This document shows, in pieces, positions 27,801 to 41,614 of a stretch of DNA of 64,000 nucleotides. Below the pieces are notes generated by a model. The model was not told where the DNA came from. It was given only the letters and a program-made list of their open reading frames with translations, and searched no databases. Numbering within the stretch: position 1 is the first letter of the stretch; the number at the start of each line of letters is the position of its first letter. The stretch is taken from contig JAPDFW010000081.1 in the NCBI GenBank assembly GCA_028826165.1, positions 620,001 through 684,000 on the forward strand, in the 5' to 3' direction. The stretch is from Anaeramoeba ignava BMAN (lineage: Eukaryota; Protista; Anaeramoebae). The position numbers and the translations under genes are program-made.

Positions 27801-30800
27801 AATTTGTTTGATTTAATTTGTTTAATTTGATTTATTTGATTTAATTTGTTTGATTTAATTTATTTGATTTAATTTGTTTAATTTAATTTGTTTGATTTAA
27901 TTTGTTTGATTTAATTTGTTTGATTTAATTTTTATTTTTGGAATTGAATTAAATACCATATTCTGGCCATTTAAATTTAGTAGCAATCTCTAATCCTCTT
28001 TCTTGAATTTTAAGATCATTAAACATGATTTTCAATTAATTTTTTCACATTTGTTAAAATTATTTGAGATTCGGTTGGAAAATGTAAATTTGCTTTTTTA
28101 AAAAAAAAAAGAAATTTGTTTTTAAAAATTAATTTCCAAAAGGAATATTTCTTTGATTTTCTTTTTTCTTTGTTTAAGATGATTTACAAAATGGAAATTG
28201 AATTAAAATATTAAAACTTAAATCATTAGTTAAAATTCTTTCTTGAAATCGATCAAATCCTTTTAGAAAAAACTTCATAAATTCCCAATTATGTGTGAAT
28301 TGTTTATCTTTTAATTTTAATTTGAATTTTAATTTTAATTTTGATTTTGATTTTAATTTTGATTTTGATTTCAATTTAAAATTGTAGATTACGATAATCT
28401 TGAAAAATTCCCACAAAATCAAAATATAAATTTTCTTTATTATCAACATAACTAGATATAAAATCCCAATTTATAAAAATTATTTTAATTATATCTAAAT
28501 AAACTTCTGGCTTATTAGTGAATAATTCTAAAAATTTATGTTATTAAAAAAAGAGTGCGCTTTTAAGAATGTTGAAATAAAAAATAAAAATCTTTTTAAC
28601 AATATTAGGGTAAGTTACGTTTTTTAAATGCAAAAATCAATAATATTCGCAATTCATTTATATTTGTTTTATTTTGAGATGTGGATTCTTTTAGAAATAA
28701 CCCCATTTCAAAAAATTTTTGTTGTGATTTTTTGATTTGATCTTGATCTTGATCTGAAAATTTGTTTAAAAAAAGTTGGGTGATAAAATCAACTCCATTT
28801 AATTTCAAAAAATCGTTTTGAATTTCTAATGCTTATTTTTTTTTTTTTGAGTTTTTATAACCAAAAATGAAGATAAAAAGTTGTGATTGATTGATTGATT
28901 GATTTTTTGTTAAACAATAAAATATTATTCAAATAATCTTTTTTTATATTTACTGTTATTTTCTAAAAATATCAAAAGAATTTTTGTTGAGAATTCAAAG
29001 ATATCTTTATTCAATAATATCTTCATCCATTTAAAGATTTTTTCAAATCCGTTCAATCCAATAAATTTAACTTGATTTTCTAATTTTCATAATCAAAAAC
29101 AAAACAAAAATTAAATTAAATTGAATTAAATCAAATATTGAACAAAATTAAATAATGTTTTTTGTTTTTGTTTGTTTTTTGGATTGATTTACCTTTTTGA
29201 AGTAAAAGTATTGATAAATTCTTCGTTCCAAAAACAAAAATATCTTTATTAAATAGGTGATTTTCAATAGATTGAAGAATTGTTTCCAATTTAACAGTCT
29301 TAGTGATATCAATATTAGGATCTGAATTTTTAAAAAGAATTATATTTAAGAAAATTATCAAATAATTATTTTTTTTTTTAAAATCTTAATTTTCATACAA
29401 TTTTCAGAAATGAGATCACTCAAAATATATAAACCATAAGCTTGAACATATATATTTTTTGGATATTTAATAATTGCTTCTTGAATAACTTCAATTTGTT
29501 GTAATTTTTGCATAATTTCCTGAAAATTAAAAGTATCATCTATAAAACATTTTTGATGGAAATTTAAAAATTTTTTTGAATAAGTGAGAACAAAAAGGAT
29601 TGCATTGTTGTTATTTTTGTTTTGTTTTGTTTTTTTTTTTTAAAAAAAATAGGACTAACTATTTGATTGAATTTCTGTATCAAATTGAGTTTCGTAAAAA
29701 GATTGAGTAAATGTGTTAAATTCTCCCATTTCTTGAAATAACATATTTTTCTTGTAATATTCTTGTTGATTTTTTTTAGTTAAATTTTCTAATTTATCAT
29801 TAAATTTTTTTTGTTCATTGAAAAGAAGTGTGGCTTTTGTGTGAACAAAGAAATCAAAATTTGAAGAAAGTGAGTGAACAAAAAAATAGGAAAAATTCCT
29901 CATTTCTTTAATTTGATCATCTGACATTTTGCTTTTTGCTAATATTTTATCGAAAAAGATACTCGAATTATTTTTTTCATAAAATGAAACTTGATTAATA
30001 TTTTCTGAATAAGTTTTTTGTTTTTTTCCTTCGCTCCATTTTTGGGTTATTAGAAATGAATAATTCTGACTTGAATCATTATCATTAGAAATAGGATTAC
30101 CATTATCTGAATCTTCTGTTTTATTTGAATTCCTATTTGGATCGAAAATTTTAATTAATCGAATTAATCCTTTTTGATTTAATTTTTCAATTTGTTTATC
30201 ATTTTCATCATCAATTATTATTGAAATAGATTTTTGAATCATTTCTTCACATTTTGATTTAATAAAAGGTAAATCCATTTCATAAATTTTTGAATAAATT
30301 GAAATTATATTTTTTGGATTGATTGTTTTTTCAATTTCTTTTTCAATTCTTATTTTCAAAAGATCTAATTTAAAATCATTTGCTAATTGGAGTATTTCAA
30401 AAGATAAATCATTCTCGGAATTGAATTTTCCTGTATAAATGTAATGAATAATTCGATTTAAATCTTTAAATTGATAATTTTTGAAAAAGAATTGGTTCTG
30501 TCCGGAGTATTCATTCAAAAAGAAACGAAGAAAAAAAGATCTATTCATTAATATTTCTTTGTGACATTTAATTGATTTTCCATTTCTACAATAAATTATA
30601 GAATTTGGGAAACTAATTTTTAAATTATGATAAAAATGTTCCATTTGTTCTGAAAATTGGAATAACATTAAAATTTCAATTTCTTCTATTGATAGTTTAT
30701 ATATTTCTATTATATTGTTTTTTTGGAATTAAATTAATAAATTTAAATTTAACAAAAATAATTTAAAATAAAATAAAACCTTCTGTTTTGATAATTTTGT

Positions 30801-31170
30801 GAATTTTCCAATAATCAATTTTTTCTTTGATTTTTTTGATTAATTTCTTTTTTTGATTGATTTTTTTAAATTTATCTTTTTTTTCTTGAAAATAAAAATG
30901 TTTAACTAATTATTTTGTTAATTTAAAAATAAATATAAATATAAATATAAATTTAAATATTAAAATTAAATATAAAATTAAAATTAATTACTTTTTAGGT
31001 TTTGGAAATTATTTTCACTTTCACTTTCACTTTCAGTTGAATTTAGGTTTTGAAAAATACCTTTAATTCCAATTTCACTTTCACTTTCACTTTCACTTTC
31101 ATTTTCACTTTCACTTTCACTTTCACTTTCATTTTGATTTTCAATTTCAATTTGATTTTCAATTTCAATT

Positions 31171-31201
<31 letters not shown>

Positions 31202-32812
31202 GATTTTCAATTTCATTTTGATTTTCAATTTCAATTTGGTTTTGATTTTGATTTTGGTTTTGGTTTTGGTTTTGAATTTCATTTTGAATTTTATTTTCCA
31301 TTTTAATTTCATTTTCAATTTGAATTTGAAATTCTTCATTAATTGATTCAGAAAAATAAGAAAGTTTTGATATTTGTTGAATTTGATTTGGAGAAACACA
31401 ATTTGTTTTTTGAATTCTTATTAATAAATTAATTGGATATAATTTATCTTTGTTTTTTGATATATTTTCTGAACTCCATTTTTTAATAATTTGAAATAAA
31501 TTTGGATTTGATTTTAAAACTTTAATTAATTGAATTAATTCATTTTCATTTATTTTTCAATTTGTTTATCATTTTCATCATCAATTATTATTGAAATAGA
31601 TTTTTGAATCATTTCTTCACATTTTGATTTAATAAAAGATAAATCCATTTCATAAATTTTTGAATAAATTGAAATTATATTTTTTGGATTAATTATTTTT
31701 TCAATTTCTTTTTCAATTCTTATTTTCAAAAGATCTAATTTAAAATTAATTGCTAATTTAAGCATTTGAGGATAATTTTGAGAAGTAAAAATTATTTTTG
31801 AAGAATAAATATAATTAATAATTGGATTAACAACTTCAAAATCATATTCTTTTAAAAATATTTTTCTTTTTTCAAAATTTTGTTTGAAAAGTGAAAAAAA
31901 GAAAAAAGATCTATTCATTAATATTCCTTTATGACATTTAATTGATTTTAGATTGTTTTCATTTTTGTTTTCATTTTTGTTTTCATTTTTGTTTTCATTT
32001 TGATTTTGATTTTGATTTTGATTTTGATTTTGATTTTGATTTTGATTTTGATTTTGATTTTGATTTTGATTTTCATTTTCATTTTCATTTTCATTTTCAT
32101 TTTCATTTTCATTTTCATTTTGATTTTGATTTTGATTTTGATTTTGATTTAGATTTTGATTTTGATTTAGATTTTGATTTTGATTTTGATTTAAATTTAG
32201 ATTTTGATTTTGATTTCGATTTTGATTTCGATTTTGATTTTGATTTTCATTTTGATTTTGATTTTGATTTTGATTTTGATTTTGATTTTGATTTTGATTT
32301 TGATTTTGATTTTGATTTTGATTTTGATTTTCATTTTGATTTTCATTTTGATTTTGATTTTGATTTTCATTTTCATTTTCATTTTCATTTTCATTTTCAT
32401 TTTCATTTTCATTTTCATTTTCATTTTCATTTTCATTTTCATTTTCATTTTCATTTTCATTTTCATTTTCATTTTCATTGCAATAAATTGTAAAATCAGA
32501 AAATTTATTTAAAGAATTTCCTAACATTTCATTCATCTTTTCTGATAATTCAATTAACATTAAAATATCAATTTCTTTTTTTGAAAATGAATAAAAAATT
32601 GATTTTGGTTGTTCTTTTTTAGATTGTTTTTTAGTAAAATTTTCATTTTTTTGTAATTTTTTTTTAATTGATTTATCCTTAAATTTAATAAAAAAAACAA
32701 ATTAAACAAATTTTTTTTTTTAAAAAATAAAATGGATTTTGATTTTAATTTGAATTTGGATTTTAATTACGAATTGAGAAATTTTAAATGAATTTGTGGT
32801 ATTTTGGTTCAT
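24825..32812 (-). CDS. Tandem BTB-BTB-armadillo/HEAT-like repeat protein, copy 2 (~20 exons; apparent frameshifts near 31553 and 28030)
   Basis: ATG at 32812 (MNQNTTNSFKISQF|DKSIKK...), BTB-a' 32560-31550, linker exon, BTB-b' 30668-29660, then mostly phase-1 helical-repeat exons to the stop at 24825. Confidence 0.7.
26945..27930. repeat. Intronic 14-mer satellite (TTTAATTTGTTTGA)n
   Basis: Directly visible. Confidence 0.95.
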
Positions 32813-32876
32813 TAAAAAAAAAAGGAAAAAAAAGGAAAAAAATGAAAAAAAAAAATTTGAAAGAAAATAAAAAAAA

Positions 32877-35800
32877 TTAATCAAATTTTGAATTTAATTT
32901 TTGTTTTAGTTTCTTAATTCTTGTTAGAATCATTTTATTTTTTTTAAATCTTTTTTCGGCAAGTTTTATAATTTCATTTCCATTTAAATCATTTATTTTT
33001 TCGAGATTTTGTTCTTTATGAGAATCTAAATGAAAAAAAAATAAAAGAAGAAAAAGAAAAAAATTTTTTTTTTTTGAAATTAAAAAGTGGAACAAAAATG
33101 AGGAAAATTTTTTTTACTTTTTTCAGAAGTTGACAATAATAAAATCTTAATTCCTTTTTGATGAATATTCTCAATTTTTGGAAAGTTCTTTAAAGCTTGT
33201 ATTGTAATTTCAATACCTTCTTGTTTTTCAAAAGTTGTTCTTCCTAAAAAGAATTTTATTATTGTTTTTTTTTTTTTGTAAAAAATTTTTGTTTCATAAC
33301 AAAAAAAAAATTTACTTTTTGATCCAAGAATTTGAGAAATAAAAGTTAATCCATTAACTTGTATAATCTCGTTTTGAGGAAAATTTTTCATTGAAAATAA
33401 AATATCTTTAATTGCTTTTCTTTCTGTTTCCATTGATATTTTGAGATCTATTTTTCCAAAATTTAAATTTATATTTAAATTTAAATTTATTCATTTTTTT
33501 CTTTTTTAAATACTTTTCAAAGATTTAACTAAGAATTTAAAAGCTTTTTCCAAAATTTTTTCTTTATCAGGAAAATTTTCAATAATTTCTAATGAAAAAT
33601 CAATTGAATTTATTTTTGAATTTTGATTTTTATCTTTTTCGTTTTCTACTTCCATTTGATTTTGATTTAAAATTAATCGTGGAATTAAATTAAATGCTGA
33701 TTCAATCATGTTTTCATTTTCTGGGAATTTTTTAAAGGAATCCATAATAATTGGAATTATATTCATTTCCAAAAATTTAGTTTTTGATTCTATTTTTTAA
33801 AAATGGTTTGAATTAAATATATATTTTTATTAATGATTATTATTATATTTTGATTTACCTTCATTAAAATTGAAATGTGGAATTAAATTAAATGCTGATT
33901 CAATCATGTTTTCATTTTCTGGGAATTTTTTAAAGGAATCCATAATAATTGGAATGATATTCATTTCCAAAAATTTAGTTTTTGATTCTATTTTTTAAAA
34001 ATGGTTTGAATTAAATATATATTTTTATTAATGACTCTTATTATATTTTGATTTACCTTCATTAAAATTGAAATTTGAAATTAAATTAAATGCTAATTCA
34101 AATATTCTTTCATTTTCTGGGAATTTATTCAAGGAATCCATAATAATTGGAATGATATTCATTTCCAAAAATTTAGTTTTTGATTCTATTTTTTAAAATG
34201 GTTTGAATTAAATATATATTTTTATTAATGATTATTATTATATTTTGATTTACCTTCATTAAAATTGAAATTTGAAATTAAATTAAATGCTAATTCAAAT
34301 ATTCTTTCACTTTCTTGGAATTTTTTAAAAGAATCCATAATAATTGAAATACCATTTGCTTCCAAAATTTTGGTTTTTAATTCTATTTTTCATTTTGATT
34401 TTGATTTTTTTTTAAAATGATTTGAATTAAATACATTTTTATTAATGATTATTATTAGTATTATTTTACCTTCTTCCAAACTTAAAATTAAAATTAAATT
34501 AAATCCTAATTCAATAATTTCTTCATTTCCTTGAAAATGTGTTAAAGAATTCATAATAACTTCAATTCCATTTGCTTCCAAAATTTTTGTTTTTGTTTCT
34601 TGAAAAAATAAAAATACAAATAAAATGATTTTTTCCAATTTTCATTTTCTTTTTCTTTTAATTAATACTATTATCTGAATTTAAAATTCCAAGTAAACGA
34701 AATGAACTTTGATGTAATTCTAAAAATTTTCCTTTTTTCAAAGATTCAAAGATGATTGAAATAATATCCATCTTAATTATTTTACTTTTCATTTCTTCAA
34801 TAAATTATGAATAAATTAAATCATTTAATTGAGTTTGTTTGTTTGTTTGTTTTTTTTTTGATTTGATTTTTGAATAAGAAAAGATACTGTCATTTAAATT
34901 AAGATTAATCAATATAACAAATGCATCTGAAGAAACAAATTTCTTTTTCCAATGCTTTTTCAGTGATTCTACCAAATATTTAATTCCTTCCAAATCAATA
35001 AATTTTTTTTTGATTTCTTGATCTTTGTTTTTGAAAAAAATTTTGAGTTAATTTTTTGTATTTTTGGTTTCAACTATTGTTTTTGAATAAATAAAAATAC
35101 CATCAATAAAAGTAAATTGCTTTAAAATTTTGAAACAATTTGAGACAATCCATTTATTGTCTTTAAAATAGTGCAATAGATTTATCATAATTTGAATTCC
35201 ATTCATTTCTAAAAATTTACTAACAAATTCTTTTTTTTTTTAAAAAAATTTTGATATAAAGAGAATAGACAAGAAAGAAAAAAGAATAATAGGATTTAAA
35301 TACCATTTTTTAAATCAATATTATTTAATAAACGAATTCCATTTTCTAAAATTCTTTCATTCTTTGGGAATTGTGATAATGAATTTGTTATACTTTCAAT
35401 TATATTTAAATCAACAATTTCCTTTAAATATTGATTTAAAAATGCTTTTGATTTTTGGATTTTAATAATTTAATTAAATTTTTTAGTTAAATATATATAT
35501 AAAAAAATACTTTTATCTTTAAACGAAACTATAAAACCAAGAGAATTTTCTTGAATTTTTGCATTTTTAGGAAATTTTTTGAAAGCATTCATCATAATTT
35601 GAATTAATTTTGTTCCTCCTTGCAAAAAAAAATAATAATATTAATATATTAATATAATTCATTTTCTTTCTTGATTTGGAATACCTTGATAGAAATCAAT
35701 TTTTGAGAATAAAATGATTCCATTTTCTTGAATTTTCAAATCTTCTGGGAATTTTATTAAAGAATCGATTATTTTTTCATTTTGATTGAATTGATTAATT

Positions 35801-38800
35801 TCATTTTGAATTTCTATTATTATTTTTTTTATTATTTTAATATCAAAAACAAAAACATTTTTTATTTTTGAAGAGAATTTTTAATTTTTACGTTCTTTAT
35901 GAAGAATAATAAGTCTAACTAAAAAGCCAAATCCAGTTTGTTGAATTGTTTTATTTTGTGGGAAATTGCATAAAGATTGCAAAATAATCGATATTGCTTT
36001 CATTTGCACAATTTTTGCCTTAATTTCTTTTTTAATTTAAATTTAAATTTAAATTTAATTTAGATATTTTAAATAACTATATAAATATACATACCATCAT
36101 CTAAAGAGAATCTAACCAACAAACTAAGTATACTTTGTTGAATTATTTCAATTTGTGAGAATTTTTGAAAAGAATTGATAATAAATTCAATTTCAACTAC
36201 TTTTAAAATATTTGATTTCAAATCAGGAAATTCTTTGTTTTGTTTTTTGAATTAAAATTGTGAATAAATTTCTAAAAATTCCTAAAAATTCAAATTTACT
36301 TTTTAGAATATTTAATATCAATTTAAATCCAATTTCTTGTATTTCTTGGGAATTGATAAATTTTTTCATTATTTGAACTATTATCGATATTGTTTTTATA
36401 TCTCCAATTTTATTATTAGCTAATTGATTTGATCTTGATTTCGATCTTGATTTTGATCTTGATTTTGATCTTGATTTTGATCTTGGTTTTTTAATTTTTG
36501 GTAGTTCTAAATTTTGGATAAGATTCCCCAAGATTAATAAAATATTTTTGACTACAAAGAATTGATTTATGAATTTTTCTAAATTTTGTAATAGAATTGA
36601 AATTAAATCATCAACTAATTTTGAATTTTGGGAATCTATCAAATTTTGAATTGAATAAATTTTTATTTTTATTTTTATTTTTATTTTTATTTTTATTTTT
36701 GGAATTAAATATACTTTGAGGTGTTAATATTAAACATCCGAGAACAGCAGATCCAGATATTTGAATTTTTATATTTTGAGGAGATGAGATCATCATTGAA
36801 GAAATAGATTCAAATGCTTGCCACTTTTCAATATGTGTTTTGATTTCTATTATTTTTATTTTTATTTTTATTTTTTTTGGAAAGAGAATAAATCCAAATT
36901 AGAAATAATTCCATATTTTTGATTGAACCAATTTATTTATACGAGAATTCATTATTAGTACTGATAAAGTCACTAAACAATTTTCTTTGATTGTTTGATC
37001 AATTTCTTTTTTTCCAAATTGAAGAGTTAATAAATCAGAAAATTGAATCCATTTTTCATCAAAAATTTCTTGAGATTGATTCAAATTATATATTTTATTC
37101 CCTAAAAAAAAATAAGAAGAATGAAAAGAATAAATTTTGTTTTTTCTGGGATTTTTTACAATCATCTGAAATCATATAAGAAAGAATTGATAATCCAGAT
37201 TCTAAAACCTTGGGATTATTTGAGGATATTAATGTATTTTTTAAAATGGGAAAAATTTGATTCTTTTTTTCTTCAGAACATGATATTACTAAATAAAAAA
37301 TAAAAACAATAAAAATAAGAGAAAATTTGATTTTGGATTTTGGATTTTTGAAATACAATTTTTGTCTGTAAAATATTTTATGATTAAAATTCCATTTTCT
37401 TGAATTTGAAGAGATTTTCCAAATTTTTCCAACGTTTGAAGTATTAAATTTATTCCATTCATTTTTGAAATTTCATTTTGAATTTCTTTTGTGACTAAAA
37501 AAATTGTTTTTGATTTTAAATAATATTTATGTTGTGTGTTTTTTGAAAAAAAGAAGAAAATGAATCAAGTCATCATTATTAAATAAATTTGATTTATTAA
37601 ATACAATAACTAGTAAGTATATTTAAGAATATTAAAAAAGAATTTCCGATAATTTGTTCATTTTCTGAAAGAAATTGAAAGGCTTGAATTGATGCTATAA
37701 TTTCTTTGGGAGCATCTTTATATAAAATGAATAGAAATATAAATTTCTTATTATTAATATTTTTTTCCAAAAATTAAATTAATCTTATTTATAAATTACT
37801 TTCTAAACTGAGTCTATTTTGTGTTGAATTGGTATTTCTATTATTTTGGATCATTTGAAAATTTAATCTTTTAAATGCTTCTTGAATAAAATCAATAATT
37901 TTCGAATCAGCTAATATGATAATGATAAATAGACCATTTTGTTTGTAAATTTTTAAATTGAAAGAAAAAAGAAAAAGAAGAAGAATAAATCCAAAATTAT
38001 TTACCAATAGATCCTATAAAATTTAATAGAATGTATCGAGTATAATTTGTGATAATTGAATTAGATGGAAATCTTTTTGAAGACTCAATGCATGAATTAA
38101 GAAGATCTAATTCAGAAAATTGTGAGAAATAACCTTAAAAAATTGAAGAATAAAACAAATTAAATTCTTTTTCTTTTTCTTTCCAAAAAAAAGAAACACA
38201 AAGATTTAGATTTACTTTTTGTAAAAGAAAGTTGATATAAAGATTGGATTGTATTTTCTTGAATATATTCGTTTTCTGGGAAATTTTTGAGTGATTGAGA
38301 GATGACTCGAATAGTATTATCGAAATTTTCTGAGAATAATTTAAATTTTAATTTAAATTTTAATAAAATTATAAATATTTTTTTTTTATACCCATTTTTG
38401 GAATTAAATTTTGAAGCATTAAAGATCCATATTTCTGAATTTTTTCATCTTTTTGTGAATTTTCCATCATTTCGATCACACTTTCAACTATTTTGAATTT
38501 GTTTGTTTTGTTAAATAAGGATATAATATAAAGATGAAATTTTTATTTTTGAATCCATTTTTTACTTGGTTTTTTTGATATTGAGGGTAAACTAGAAAAT
38601 ATGCTATCATTTATTTTTGTTGTTTTTGTTTTTGTTTTTTCGTAATAATCTCGAAATTTTTTTCCATCATTTTGAAACTCTTGCTCTTTTTGTGAATTTT
38701 CTTGGATAGTTATTTGGTATATTTTTTTCTTTTCTTCAATATTATTTTTAATTTCAGCAATTTTTTTAGTTGAATGAACTTGAATATTATCGAAAAATTC

Positions 38801-39895
38801 CATAAAAAATCGAGCAGGAAAATAAGATAGATTTTTGATTTGTTGAGATTGAAGTTCTGTGATTGAATTTAAATCGATCATATCTTTGATTAACTTAACA
38901 AAAATTACACCTTCACTTTCACTTTGAAAATTAGCATCAATGGTTTTAGGTAAATTATTGTGATTGATTTTGAGCCATCTTTTTGATATTCTGTGCACAA
39001 TTTGATTAGGAACAGAACCTCTTGTTGAAACAGCAACCTTAATTAATTGAATTAATTCATTTTCATTTATTTTTTCAATTTGTTTATCATTTTCATCATC
39101 AATTATTATTGAAATAGATTTTTGAATCATTTCTTCACATTTTGATTTAATAAAAGGTAAATCCATTTCATAAATTTTTGAATAAATTGAAATTATATTT
39201 TTTGGATTGATTATTTTTTCAATTTCTTTTTCAATTCTTATTTTCAAAAGATCTAATTTAAAATTAATTGCTAATTTAAGCATTTGAGGATAATTTTGAG
39301 AAGTAAAAATTATTTTTGAAGAATAAATGTAATTAATAATTGAATTAACAACTTCAAAATCATATTCTTTTAAAAATATTTTTCTTTTTTCAGAATTTTG
39401 TTTGAAAAGTGAAAAAAAGAAAAAAGATCTATTCATTAATATTCCTTTATGACATTTAATTGATTTTTGGTTTCTACAATAAATTATAGAATTTGGGAAA
39501 CTAATTTTTAAATTATGATAAAAATGTTCCATTTGTTCTGAAAATTGGAATAACATTAAAATTTCAATTTCTTCTATTGATAGTTTATATATTTCTATTA
39601 TATTGTTTTTTTGGAATTAAATTAATAAATTTAAATTTAACAAAAATAATTTAAAATAAAATAAAAATAAAATAAAACCTTCTGTTTTGATAATTTTGTG
39701 AATTTTCCAATAATCAATTTTTTCTTTGATTTTTTTGATTAATTTCTTTGTTTGATTGATTTTTTTAAATTTATCTTTTTTTTCTTGAAAATAAAAATGT
39801 TTAACTAATTATTTTGTTAATTTAAAAATAAATATAAATATAAATATAAATATAAATATTAATATTAAATATTAAATTAATTACTTTTTAGGTTT

Positions 39896-39932
<37 letters not shown>

Positions 39933-40821
39933 GATTTTGATTTTTATTTTGAATTTGATTTTCATTTTCATTTTGAATTTGATTTTCATTTTCATTTTCA
40001 ATATAATTTTCAATTTCACTTTGATTTTCAATTTGAATTTGAAATTCTTCATTAATTGATTCAGAAAAATAAGAAAGTTTTGATATTTGTTGAATTTGAT
40101 TTGGAGAAACACAATTTGTTTTTTGAATTCTTATTAATAAATTAATTGGATATAATTTATCTTTGTTTTTTGATATATTTTCTGAACTCCATTTTTTAAT
40201 AATTTGAAATAAATTTGGATTTGATTTTAAAACTTTAATTAATTGAATTAATTCATTTTCATTTATTTTTTCAATTTGTTTATCATTTTCATCATCAATT
40301 ATTATTGAAATAGATTTTTGAATCATTTCTTCACATTTTGATTTAATAAAAGATAAATCCATTTCATAAATTTTTGAATAAATTGAAATTATATTTTTTG
40401 GATTAATTATTTTTTCAATTTCTTTTTCAATTCTTATTTTCAAAAGATCTAATTTAAAATTAATTGCTAATTTAAGCATTTGAGGATAATTTTGAGAAGT
40501 AAAAATTATTTTTGAAGAGTAAATATAATTAATAATTGAATTAACAACTTCAAAATCATATTCTTTTAAAAATATTTTTCTTTTTTCAAAATTTTGTTTG
40601 AAAAGTGAAAAAAAGAAAAAAGATCTATTCATTAATATTCCTTTATGACATTTAATTGATTTTAGATTGTTTTCATTTTTGTTTTCTAAATAAATTGTAA
40701 AATCATAAAAGTTATTTAAATTTTGATTTTTATAAAATTTTTCCATTATTTTTGAAAATTTAAATAACATTAAAATTTCAATTTCTTTTATTGAAAATTT
40801 ATTTAATAAATTATTATTCAT
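32877..40821 (-). CDS. Tandem BTB-BTB-armadillo-like repeat protein, copy 1 (~29 exons)
   Basis: BTB-a (40821-39885), phase-1 linker exon (~39783-39680), BTB-b (~39596-38566), then ~26 exons of mostly ~110-140 nt, each a helical repeat (e.g. GIEVIMNSLTHFQGNEEIIELGFNLILILS); every junction checked was a phase-1 GT-AG intron. Confidence 0.8.
33690..34400 (-). repeat. Tandem ~197-bp exon+intron duplications (3-4 near-identical units)
   Basis: Unit ...aaaatag|AATCAAAAACTAAATTTTTGGAAATG...AATGAAG|gtaaatcaaaatataataa... recurs with donors near 34253, 34055 and 33858. Confidence 0.9.
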
Positions 40822-40981
40822 TTTTAATTAAATATTAATTAATTAATTAATTAAAAAAAAAGGAAAAAAATGAAAAAAAGAAAATTTAAAATTAAAATTT
40901 TTTTTTTTATTTAAATAATTTTTGTTTTTTTGGAAATTAAAATTAAGAAATTAAAATTAAAAAATTAAAAAAAGAAAGAAA

Positions 40982-41437
40982 TTATTTCTTTTTTGGTAAA
41001 ACAGGAAGAGCTCTTGGAATAATACCACCACCATGAATAGTAACACCATTTAAAAATTTATTTAATTCCCTATCACTTTTAATTGCTAAATGAATATGTC
41101 TTGGAACAACTCTTTGTTTTCCATGATCAATAGCAGCATTTCCAGCTAATTCAAGAACTTCTGCTGTTAAATATTCAAGAACTGCTGCTAAATAAACTGG
41201 TGCTCCTGCTCCAACTCTATTTGCAAATTTTCCTTCTCTTAAATGTCTATGAATTCTTCCAACTGGGAATTCTAATCCTGCTTTAATTGATCTTGAAACT
41301 CCTTTTCCTTTCTTTTTTGGTTTATCTCCTTGTTTTGTTCCTTTCTTTTTTTTACTTTTACTTTTATCTGGTGATAAATATTCTTTTGCTTCTTCTGCTG
41401 TTTGTTGCATTGTTGATTTTTTTGATGGTTTTGACAT
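40982..41437 (-). CDS. H2A: Histone H2A variant with long N-terminal tail
   Basis: [19 protein letters not shown]...[29 protein letters not shown]...PRHIHLAI; intronless. Confidence 0.97.
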   Translation of the reverse strand: MSKPSKKSTMQQTAEEAKEYLSPDKSKSKKKKGTKQGDKPKKKGKGVSRSIKAGLEFPVGRIHRHLREGKFANRVGAGAPVYLAAVLEYLTAEVLELAGNAAIDHGKQRVVPRHIHLAIKSDRELNKFLNGVTIHGGGIIPRALPVLPKKK

Positions 41438-41614
41438 TATTAATTAATTAATAATAAAAATAATTAAAAAAATAAAAAAATAAAAATGAAAAAAAAAATT
41501 TTAATTTATTTTTCTTTTATAAAAATATTAATTCTCTATTATCCAATAATTTTTGATTTTTTATTTTTTTTTAAATCCAATATTATCCAATAATTTTTGA
41601 TTTTTGATTTTCAA

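Noticed and set aside
24825-40821. One 16-kb four-BTB gene
   Set aside because: Copy 1 has a stop at 32877, and copy 2 has its own ATG (32812), first exon and upstream TCATTT element.
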